A stretch of DNA of 15,670 nt from the IMG/VR virus record IMGVR_UViG_3300045988_079839, positions 1 to 15,670 of that record; one strand, given 5' to 3'. Below the pieces are notes generated by a model that worked only from the letters and a program-made list of their open reading frames with translations, did not search any database and was not told the origin of the DNA. Numbering within the stretch: position 1 is the first letter of the stretch; the number at the start of each line of letters is the position of its first letter. This DNA is from a virus. Below are positions 7,914 through 14,413 of the stretch, in pieces. A program made the position numbers and the translations under genes.

Positions 7914-8903
7914 TTAAAGCATATATAACATATCTTTCGCGTAAACGAATTCAGTTCCACAAGCGCGTGCCAGTCCTCCGCCAAATGTTCCTGGACATTC
8001 AACCCCGTTCGGGTCTTTTCCCTGTAATAAACATAAGATTTCAAGAGCTGTGACAAGATACTGTGTTTCACCTCTTTTTACATAATGTTTTCCTGCTTTT
8101 GCTCTTGTTTTTTTACCTACAATACCGTCTTCTGCAATGGTATAGCCATAGTCTTCGTTCATAGCTCTTTGCACCACGCGAACTGCCATTCTTTTTGTAT
8201 TTCTACCGACAATACCGTCAACGGCAATCTGTACGCCTGTAAAATTAATGGCGTGCTGTTGACCCAAAGCAATCAATTCATTTCTTGGTTTTACGTGGCT
8301 AATAGGAGGCTGTGGTGTAGTAGGTGTAGTGCTTGAAGCTCCATAGTCTTTGTAAACGTGGTTCACATCACATCTTCCATTGATGCCATCAACCGAGCCA
8401 TTACTGGAATACTGCCATATAGCTACATTGTCTACACCTAAAGCATTAGCGTAGCGTGCAATCCATAAATCATACCCCCAACTTTCACCGATGTAATTCT
8501 CATACCATGATTTACTAGCGTAAATTCCAGCTTTATAACCATGCGTTAACATAGCATCGCAAAAACGCTTTGCGTTGTGCTTTGCTACAGACTGTGTTCC
8601 TTTTTCCTCGCTGTCAAAAAACACAGGGAGATTAGGAGTGTGTCCCTGTAACAATCTAAGGCAGTGATTAATTTCACCCTCAATTCTAGCTGTTGTTTTT
8701 GCGTAAGAATAAAAATAGACTCCATACGGGATACCCAATCGCTCGCATTCACTCACGTTTCGACTCCATTGTTTATCATCTTGTGATGCCATATCTTGTC
8801 CATATCCGCAACGTATGATTACATAGTCCACAGCATTTTTTACTTTTTCAAAATCAATCACTCCATTATGATACGAAACATCAACCGCTTTTTTTACACT
8901 CAT
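7914..8903 (-). CDS. Endolysin: GH25 muramidase with C-terminal peptidoglycan-binding repeats
   Basis: The N-terminus VDVSYHNGVIDFEKVKNAVDYVIIRCGYG is GH25-like. The C-terminal repeated DGIVGRNT / DGIVGKKT motifs are PG_binding_1-like. It follows the holin. Confidence 0.8.
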   Translation of the reverse strand: MSVKKAVDVSYHNGVIDFEKVKNAVDYVIIRCGYGQDMASQDDKQWSRNVSECERLGIPYGVYFYSYAKTTARIEGEINHCLRLLQGHTPNLPVFFDSEEKGTQSVAKHNAKRFCDAMLTHGYKAGIYASKSWYENYIGESWGYDLWIARYANALGVDNVAIWQYSSNGSVDGINGRCDVNHVYKDYGASSTTPTTPQPPISHVKPRNELIALGQQHAINFTGVQIAVDGIVGRNTKRMAVRVVQRAMNEDYGYTIAEDGIVGKKTRAKAGKHYVKRGETQYLVTALEILCLLQGKDPNGVECPGTFGGGLARACGTEFVYAKDMLYML

Positions 8904-8906
8904 TTT

Positions 8907-9131
8907 TTAATCCTCCTTTTTCTGTTCAAATGTGTCACAAATGCGCTGTAATGCAAGTGTGTTATTGTTCACTGCTTCTGTAATGTCTGACATTTCCTGT
9001 TTGTGCGATTCGTTTAATTTGTCCATGCGAGCGTCATTCTTATCTTCACGATATTTCACGTACCACATAGAAGCAATCGCTACAACTGTAGGTAACCCCA
9101 ACGTGTTAATAGCTGTCATGATTTCTTGCAT
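8907..9131 (-). CDS. Holin, BhlA/UviB-like
   Basis: A 74-aa protein with a single N-terminal TM segment (LGLPTVVAIASMWYV) followed by a charged helical tail (KYREDKNDARMDKL...), as in BhlA/UviB holins. It lies immediately upstream of the endolysin. Confidence 0.6.
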   Translation of the reverse strand: MQEIMTAINTLGLPTVVAIASMWYVKYREDKNDARMDKLNESHKQEMSDITEAVNNNTLALQRICDTFEQKKED

Positions 9132-9151
9132 GATATCACCTCCTTTTTTCT

Positions 9152-9180
9152 ATCATAACACAAATAGAATTATTTGTAAA
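9152..9180 (-). promoter_or_regulatory. Late (lysis/structural) promoter
   Basis: On the minus strand: TTTACA (9175-9180), 17-nt spacer, TGt, TATGAT (9152-9157). It is followed by AAGGAGGTG and the holin ATG at 9131. Confidence 0.6.
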
Positions 9181-9185
9181 TAAAA

Positions 9186-9203
9186 ATGTTTCACGTGAAA
9201 CAC
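9186..9203. promoter_or_regulatory. Palindrome site B: ATGTTTCACGTGAAACAC (16-bp perfect core 9187-9202)
   Basis: Verified by hand. It lies just upstream of the -35 of the holin promoter. Confidence 0.75.
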
Positions 9204-9218
9204 TATCACGTGAAACAT
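9204..9218. promoter_or_regulatory. Palindrome site C: half-site TATCACGTGAAACAT
   Basis: The right arm GTGAAACAT is exact and the left arm matches 5 of 9. Its centre is 15 bp from the centre of site B. Confidence 0.5.
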
Positions 9219-9337
9219 ATTGTACGTTACAAAATAATCAATGCAAAGGGAACGCAACGCCAAAAATTGATATCAGACTACTTGTCTATGTGCGTGTATA
9301 TCAATTACAATGCCCGTATTATTTTGGGTACGATATT

Positions 9338-9366
9338 ATGATAACATATATCATTTGAAATGTCAA
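9338..9366 (-). promoter_or_regulatory. Strong sigma-A type promoter overlapped by palindrome site D
   Basis: On the minus strand: TTGACA (9361-9366), 17-nt spacer, TGt, TATCAT (9338-9343). Site D overlaps the -35 by 2 nt. Confidence 0.6.
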
Positions 9367-9384
9367 TGTTTCACGTGAAACATT
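9365..9384. promoter_or_regulatory. Palindrome site D: 20-bp perfect palindrome AATGTTTCACGTGAAACATT
   Basis: An exact inverted repeat. It overlaps the TAA stop of the ATPase gene (9383-9385) and the -35 of the promoter at 9338-9366. Confidence 0.8.
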
Positions 9385-10429
9385 AAAAAGATATCACATC
9401 AAATATCATGTTCTTACACTCTAAATTTTCAAACAGAAGCAACCCTCTGTTAAAATATTCTCGTAACATTGTAACAATGTAATGTGTTGAATTGACGCGA
9501 ATAGCTGTATTGTCTATTACATCAGTTTTTGTAAAGCATATCCGCGTAGGGAAACTATCATCTGCACCTGTTGATACATATAGACATACATCATATTTTC
9601 TGACGTTATATAGATTATCGTTATACTTTATCGTACAAATATAACGTGACTGTCCCGATGGTTTACCAATCAAACATTCATTATCATTTAGATATTTGTT
9701 TTCACTGGCGTACTCGTTATAGTCAGCACCTCGAAAAGCTCGCGCAATAGCACTTTCCTTATACGCTGTTGAAGCACTTTCATTGTAAGTTCGCTCAAAT
9801 ACCCAACCGTCACCACGTAAAAATTTAGTATCTCTCTTTAACATTTTATTGATTCCAAATACGCTATAATAAGGGTTTAGCAATGACACTGTATTCGATG
9901 CCATATATAGCATTACTCTCCTGTGCTGTTTACCATGCCCAGAACTGATAGTTGTAAGCAACGATAACAGTTTATTTACTTCATTAGGTAAATATATATT
10001 ATCTTCGTCTTGGTACTCGTCAAAAAATACGGAACGGATATTGACGAATAATCCACGCATTTTTTTATACTTTCTCGCAACAGATAAAGCTAAACAATAC
10101 CCACATGGCTCTTCATTGATAAATAACTGCACTAACGCGCCACGCATCAGACTTTTTTCCGTCATGACATAACCGTCAAATTTTTCCGCAATGTCGCCAA
10201 AATAAGTGTCCGCACAATTCTTCATATCAACAACATTTCTATACAAATAGATAAACTGATTTTCTGGTCTGTATTTATCTTTTAAAAAATCAGAAACTTG
10301 TCTACATTTAATCGAATAACTTTTACCCGCTGTTCTGTTGCCGTCCACAATAAAAATGTCGGGTGTATTCCCATATTTATCTTTCATAGTTAATAATCTC
10401 TCACAGTGATAATAACCATCATTCATCAT
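9383..10429 (-). CDS. DNA encapsidation ATPase (phi29 gp16-like)
   Basis: Walker A is GNRTAGKS and Walker B is VFFDEY. Recalled gp16 similarity: QFIYLYRN vs QFIYVRRY, YLPNEVNKLLSLL vs YIPNEVSALLNLM, SNTVSLLNPYY vs SNAVSVVNPYF. Start taken at ATGATG (10429) behind GGAGGTG rather than 10456. Confidence 0.85.
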   Translation of the reverse strand: MMNDGYYHCERLLTMKDKYGNTPDIFIVDGNRTAGKSYSIKCRQVSDFLKDKYRPENQFIYLYRNVVDMKNCADTYFGDIAEKFDGYVMTEKSLMRGALVQLFINEEPCGYCLALSVARKYKKMRGLFVNIRSVFFDEYQDEDNIYLPNEVNKLLSLLTTISSGHGKQHRRVMLYMASNTVSLLNPYYSVFGINKMLKRDTKFLRGDGWVFERTYNESASTAYKESAIARAFRGADYNEYASENKYLNDNECLIGKPSGQSRYICTIKYNDNLYNVRKYDVCLYVSTGADDSFPTRICFTKTDVIDNTAIRVNSTHYIVTMLREYFNRGLLLFENLECKNMIFDVISF

Positions 10430-10442
10430 TTTAGCACCTCCA

Positions 10443-10458
10443 TTCACGTGAAACATTT
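10443..10458. promoter_or_regulatory. Palindrome site E: half-site TTCACGTGAAACATTT
   Basis: The right arm is exact and the left arm matches 5 of 9. It abuts the ATPase SD on the minus strand (CACGTGAATGGAGGTG). Confidence 0.5.
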
Positions 10459-10460
10459 AT

Positions 10461-10490
10461 TTTATAAAAGAGGTGGCATATAGCCACCCC
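10461..10490 (-). terminator. Intrinsic terminator after the p6-like/SSB-like gene pair
   Basis: On the minus strand GGTGGC-TATAT-GCCACC (10472-10488) is followed by TCTTTTATAAAAT. Confidence 0.65.
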
Positions 10491-10532
10491 TTTAGAAGAA
10501 GAGAATTAAAATGGTATTCCCACGGCATCATA

Positions 10533-10883
10533 TTATAAATTTGATACGTCTAAGGTACAATTAATATAATCGCGTCCTGCTTTTGTCTTTCCGCTAATTT
10601 TAATGATAGAGAATTTTTCCCCGTCCATTACACTTTCAATGTCTTTCAAAGACTGTCTAAAGGTTGCGGACTGCCCCGAATAGACTTTCTTATCTGGTGT
10701 GATAATGCTCACAATCTCCTGTGTATCGCCTTTGTCTTTAATATCATCAAATATAAGAAATCCGTCAACTGGGATAGATGCACCATCAGCGATATTTTTT
10801 AAAGGCTCAATGTCAGGCGCTGTGGTCATAAGATACTTCTCGACCTTTGTAAACTCTCTACTCATTTCTTTAATTTCTACCAT
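10533..10883 (-). CDS. ssDNA-binding protein (phi29 p5-like)
   Basis: 116 aa. Recalled p5 similarity: KNIADGASI vs KNLPDGTII, QEIVSIITPDKKVYSGQSATF vs EETVTTIFAADGSLYSAISKTV, FSIIKISGKTKAGRDY vs FKVKVVQGTSSKGNVF. It sits next to the p6-like gene. Confidence 0.5.
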   Translation of the reverse strand: MVEIKEMSREFTKVEKYLMTTAPDIEPLKNIADGASIPVDGFLIFDDIKDKGDTQEIVSIITPDKKVYSGQSATFRQSLKDIESVMDGEKFSIIKISGKTKAGRDYINCTLDVSNL

Positions 10884-10908
10884 AGTTCTTTACCTCCTGT
10901 TTTTCCTA

Positions 10909-11208
10909 TTAATCTTCCTTTTTTAATTCCTGCAACTCTGCTTCGGTAACAATTTTTTCACTCTTGACATTTGAATTAAGTAAGAACTGCTCATCTGTCA
11001 TTGTACGTCTTTCCAGTTTAAACTTAATATCTAATATGGAAACAATGTCTCCTTTGTAGTGCTTTTCAATCAAGATTTCCGCTTTATCTCTTGTCTTACA
11101 GTTTGGTAATTTCTCGTCAAAGCAATCTTTCTTGATTTCACCTGTCTCCCTGTCCTTGTAGATTCTTTCTACAGAAACCTCCGCTGTGACTAATGTCCTT
11201 GTAAACAT
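10909..11208 (-). CDS. Histone-like dsDNA-binding protein (phi29 p6-like)
   Basis: 99 aa with an acidic C-terminal tail. EKHYKGDIVSILDIK matches recalled p6 KRKYKGEPVQVVSVE. It lies upstream of the SSB-like gene, as in phi29. Confidence 0.4.
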   Translation of the reverse strand: MFTRTLVTAEVSVERIYKDRETGEIKKDCFDEKLPNCKTRDKAEILIEKHYKGDIVSILDIKFKLERRTMTDEQFLLNSNVKSEKIVTEAELQELKKED

Positions 11209-11264
11209 CTTGTTTTTCCTCCCTTTTTTCTGTTTCTTTGAGTGTGAATTGTAATGTAATATGT

Positions 11265-11331
11265 TTTATTTATTACATTATTATAATATCACAACAATTA
11301 AATGTAGTCAAGTGTTATGTTATAATTTTTT
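11265..11331. repeat. Direct repeat copy A of the early-promoter module (~67 bp)
   Basis: 11265-11288 is identical to 11541-11564 (24/24). The remaining 43 positions match at about 70 percent, including AGTCAAGT and TTAT..ATAATTTTTT. Confidence 0.8.
11283..11311 (-). promoter_or_regulatory. Early promoter P1 (drives the p6-like and SSB-like genes)
   Basis: On the minus strand: TTGACT (11306-11311), 17-nt spacer, TGa, TATTAT (11283-11288), then AAT. Confidence 0.6.
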
Positions 11332-11349
11332 ATTTTTTATCTAAATCTC

Positions 11350-11518
11350 TTACATATGTACTATCTGTATCAACATATAAAAACCATCACGAATAGTGAT
11401 AAGTTTAGCCGTAATCTCAGCGTTTTTTAAATTTGTGTCAGTTATTACATTACTACTATGTGACATTGCGCTTACACCGTACAAGCTGTTTAACAGACAT
11501 TTAATTTTTTTTACTCAT
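11350..11518 (-). CDS. Possible small protein gene requiring a +1 shift at an A8 run (or a homopolymer miscall); otherwise non-coding
   Basis: SD AAAAAGGAGGG is followed by ATG (11518) and a frame that stops after 5 codons (MSKKN). The +1 frame is open for 54 codons (11514-11353) and ends at TAA 11350-11352. The junction is the A8 run at 11505-11512. Confidence 0.3.
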
Positions 11519-11540
11519 CTTTTTTCCCTCCTTTTTCTAC

Positions 11541-11607
11541 TTTATTTATTACATTATTATAATAACACGGCGCTAAAATATAGTCAAGTATTATATCATA
11601 ATTTTTT
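11541..11607. repeat. Direct repeat copy B of the early-promoter module
   Basis: See copy A. Copy B overlaps the last codons of the polymerase gene. Confidence 0.8.
11559..11587 (-). promoter_or_regulatory. Early promoter P2
   Basis: On the minus strand: TTGACT (11582-11587), 17-nt spacer, TGt, TATTAT (11559-11564), then AAT. Confidence 0.55.
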
Positions 11608-13477
11608 TATCTTTTTGTGTGTGAATATTAAAGTCTTTATTTCTTAATATAATCCCACCTTTTACTCGCTCTGCTTTTAAGTTACAACTATCCATACTAA
11701 GTCCTGTAGATAACTCAGAGATATCTTTTTCTTCTTCAATAAATTTTCGCTTAGCTTGACTACTCATTCCACAAGCTTTAATATCAAGATAAGGCACACA
11801 TGGCTTATGATTTTCTTCAACTATATGTTCTGCATAAGTCTTTTGTCGCTCATAATATGCAAAATCAAATGTACTTTCACATTTCCAACAACAAAAATTC
11901 GTCGGATGTTCTACAACCATATTCGCTTTATCAAGTCCTATCAAATGAATCGAATCTGTATCCGCATAGCAAAATCGGTCATAATTCGCCATAGCGTGGC
12001 GTATTGTAAAGTTCATGGCATAAGATGTAATGGCGCTACCTATCGGGATATACCCAACTTTCTTATCATGTTCTTCATGCAAAATAAATCTAATAATCCC
12101 ATCTTCATCAAGATAAGGCTCTTTATAGGAAGAGTTATCTGACATAGCAAATTTTCCATAAAGATTATTCAAAAAAAGTTTCGATTTCTGTCTCTTAAAA
12201 CCTTTTGATATTCTCTTCTCTTCTCCATATTTATCTATATATTCATCGAAAAAACCCTCTCTAGCGTAGAACCATACATAATCATAGATAACCAAATCAT
12301 AGATATCATAAGTTTCTTGGAATAACTTCCAGTCAGTACAAGTCATAGTAAGAGTTATATTTGTGTCATGTATCTGCCCATCAATATCACGATAATACCG
12401 ATAGTATTCACCTTTATATCTGACGTTAGAGCTATATAAATTTTCATTCGCCTTATATAATGCACTATGCCTAACATGAAGTCACGGGAACGCTCCTTTT
12501 TTAAGTTGAAAACGACAATTGAATCGTATAAAAAAATATTTATTAGTAGAGCTTATAAGTTCATCGGGTGGCGCTCCCCTGTGATATTGCCCGTGACCGA
12601 ACGGATATTTGTTGCCGCTAATGCTATGCATCATTGATGGGTACAGAGAATTTACGTCAAACACTAACCCCCAACCCACTACCGTATGCGCGTATTGAGG
12701 ATTTACATAACACCACCCTCCATGATATGATTTATGAACATAATCCCACTGATTCCACACGCCTGTGCTTGATTCGTCTAAATAATCCTCTCTAATATCG
12801 GGAAATAACTTGTCATATTGTTTATTTTCGTAAAAGCCTTTGAATTCTGAGAGACAACACGAACCTATAGTTAGTTTATCGTGATTTTCATTAAACATCA
12901 TTTCTAAAGCTTCTTTTAACACTAATACATCATTTTCGATATATTTCTTTTCGTCTTCTGATATCTCACAATAAGCGTATCTCTCACCCTCATAGTCCAT
13001 ATCTAATTTTTGATGCTTTGTCCCAAATGATTTTCCGATATCTTTTAATGACGATGGCATAAGCTTTAAAGAGTTTCGAATTTCTAAAAATGTCTTATTC
13101 CATTTGAGTTTAATCCAATACCATGACCCCATATCTGATATACAAGTTTGAAATTCTTTTGAATTCATTTCTTTATCTTTACAGTGTACCCAACGCCACC
13201 CCTCTTTTAACAAAAAATCCACGATAAAAGAACCGTCAAAAGCAAGATTATGAAAGTATAACACATTGTTGCCTTTCATTGTCAAAAACCTGTTTAAAAA
13301 ATCTCTTATCGAATGAGTTATAGTGACAGTTTCTGTGTCATCGTATAAAGCCACGTCAGCACCAGACCAAACTTCTGTACTATCTTGTTTTTTACCTTTT
13401 TCTTGCTCTACTTTTTCACCCCATACCGTTGTTTCAAAATCGCACGCCCAAAAGGTTATCTTCTTTTTTCGTGGCAT
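11591..13477 (-). CDS. Protein-primed family-B DNA polymerase (phi29 gp2-like), one reading frame interrupted by a single in-frame TGA
   Basis: Motifs present: Exo I CDFETT, Exo II HNLAFDGSF, Exo III YIENDVLVL, motif A DVNSLYPSMM, motif B KLFLNNLYGKF, motif C YADTDSIH, and KxY as KTYAEH. Track ORFs 12482-13477 and 11591-12346 are in the same frame, and the 45 codons between them are all sense codons. Confidence 0.85.
12482..12484 (-). other. In-frame TGA codon within the DNA polymerase frame (context UGA-C)
   Basis: Plus-strand tca at 12482-12484. The 135 nt between this codon and the ATG at 12346 equal 45 codons in the same frame. Confidence 0.95.
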
Positions 13478-13493
13478 TTATAATCACCTCTTT

Positions 13494-14204
13494 TTATTCA
13501 TTCTCAACAACAATATCTTGTTCCTGTAGAAATACTTGAAAATCTTCTGTTGTGGAAAGAACGCCCATTCTCTGTAAAATGTTCCAAAACACAGCGTCAA
13601 CTGTAGCTTTATCCATATAAGGCTCGGTTGGGAATGCTTCCGGTTCTTTAGCATAAGTATACGCAAATAACGCTCTTTCTCTTTCTGTTGCATTTGATAA
13701 TAAAGCGTCTGTTTTTTCTCTTAACCAGTACGCTGTTTTTGGTGCAAAACTTCCTAAAGAGTCATACCATGTGTCTATAATAACTTCATAGTCTAGTACA
13801 GGTGTTGCTTCAATAACTACTATACCTGTCCTTTGTAACTTTTTCAATTCTTCAACCGTAGTATAACCTTGTATTCTAGCATATTCCTGTTCTTGCGGAG
13901 TTAATTTAATAAAAACTCTGTTTCTTTCAAGAGCGTGTTTACGTCCATATTCTTTAGAAGTTATAACCTCGCCAGTAAGCATATCAACAACCGTTGCATT
14001 TTTTCGTATTTCTTTTGCCGTCTGCTTTTTAATTCTATCAATTGAAGCTTGTGTTGGATTTTTTACTCGCTTAATTATCTTTACTTGTACACCTTGTTTT
14101 TGTTGATTTCTAACACGAGATAGATATTTAGTGTATTCGTGAGAATATTCTTTTTGAATAATCTCCGCTTTTGTTTTCTTCTTTTTAATACGCTTATTAG
14201 CCAT
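13494..14204 (-). CDS. Putative terminal protein (protein primer)
   Basis: 236 aa located immediately upstream of the polymerase, like phi29 gene 3. It has a very basic N-terminus and an acidic C-terminus. No clear sequence match to the TP sequence I recall, so the call rests on synteny. Confidence 0.5.
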   Translation of the reverse strand: MANKRIKKKKTKAEIIQKEYSHEYTKYLSRVRNQQKQGVQVKIIKRVKNPTQASIDRIKKQTAKEIRKNATVVDMLTGEVITSKEYGRKHALERNRVFIKLTPQEQEYARIQGYTTVEELKKLQRTGIVVIEATPVLDYEVIIDTWYDSLGSFAPKTAYWLREKTDALLSNATERERALFAYTYAKEPEAFPTEPYMDKATVDAVFWNILQRMGVLSTTEDFQVFLQEQDIVVENE

Positions 14205-14207
14205 CTT

Positions 14208-14402
14208 TTAGTCACCCTCCTTTTGCACTTTTCTTAAGAGTAAGCCATGCGGTACACGAGTGTACTCGATACTGTCTCCGGGGTGAATATCTAAATCACG
14301 TATTGATTCTTTTGGTATCATAACACGGGCAGTGTAGCCACCTGTTCCCCCTTTAGTGAACATTACTTTATAGCGTAATAATCGGTTTGTTAATTTTGCC
14401 AT
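14208..14402 (-). CDS. AbrB/SpoVT/MazE-type DNA-binding protein
   Basis: 64 aa. ARVMIPKESIRDLDIHPGDSIEY fits the swapped-hairpin AbrB-like motif (xxxxIPKexrexlgixxGDxve). Confidence 0.55.
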   Translation of the reverse strand: MAKLTNRLLRYKVMFTKGGTGGYTARVMIPKESIRDLDIHPGDSIEYTRVPHGLLLRKVQKEGD

Positions 14403-14413
14403 GATTTTCCTCC

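Larger units (their letters stand above)
9181..9331 (-). ncRNA. Candidate non-coding transcript (possible pRNA-like RNA or long regulatory leader)
   Basis: A strong promoter sits at 9338-9366. The following ~150 nt have no SD-preceded ORF on the minus strand. The segment ends at the site B hairpin plus a U-run. By-eye helices: 9298-9305/9266-9273 (8 bp), 9322-9327/9260-9265 (6 bp) and AGAC/GUCU inside the loop. Confidence 0.3.

Noticed and set aside
9186-9341. Plus-strand 51-codon ORF (MFHVKHYHVKHIVRYK...) in the control region.
   Set aside because: Its ATG is part of palindrome site B, and there is no SD or convincing plus-strand promoter. It ends in TGA within the -10 of the minus-strand promoter, so it is probably fortuitous.
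10430-10456. Longer N-terminal extensions offered by the ORF track: ATPase from 10456, lower collar from 2744, scaffold from 6941, fibre-associated protein from 1984.
   Set aside because: In each case an internal ATG sits 6-8 nt behind a strong GGAGG-type SD, while the upstream ATG has none. At 10456 the upstream ATG is merely part of the palindrome half-site.
11253-11279. 9-bp inverted repeat AATGTAATA / TATTACATT in the leader of promoter P1.
   Set aside because: It is AU-only, and one arm belongs to the duplicated promoter cassette, whose other copy lacks the partner arm. The likely TSS falls inside the arm, so formation in the RNA is doubtful.
11396-11647. Plus-strand 83-aa ORF across the P2 / small-ORF intergenic region.
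   Set aside because: It has no ATG with an SD and is extremely Leu/Phe/Ile-rich as expected from translating T-rich non-coding DNA. It runs antisense through a promoter cassette.
12347-12484. Intron, intein or genuinely split polymerase between the two polymerase ORFs.
   Set aside because: The 45 intervening codons are in frame, stop-free and align with the corresponding phi29 gp2 segment. No extra sequence is inserted, and there is no SD before the ATG at 12346.
12433-12484. Selenocysteine insertion at the polymerase UGA.
   Set aside because: The only nearby hairpin is an AU-only stem that does not resemble a bacterial SECIS (no G/U-containing apical loop at the right distance). The aligned phi29 residue is a non-catalytic Thr. 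A search for selB/selC in the host would settle it.
11591-13477. Alternative genetic code (TGA = Trp, table 4; or TGA = Gly, table 25) as the explanation for the polymerase TGA.
   Set aside because: Every other gene is intact under the standard code. The translations contain many Trp residues encoded by TGG and many Gly residues encoded by GGN, yet there is only one in-frame TGA. A TGA-sense host would be expected to leave many TGAs. This is not fully excluded without host information.
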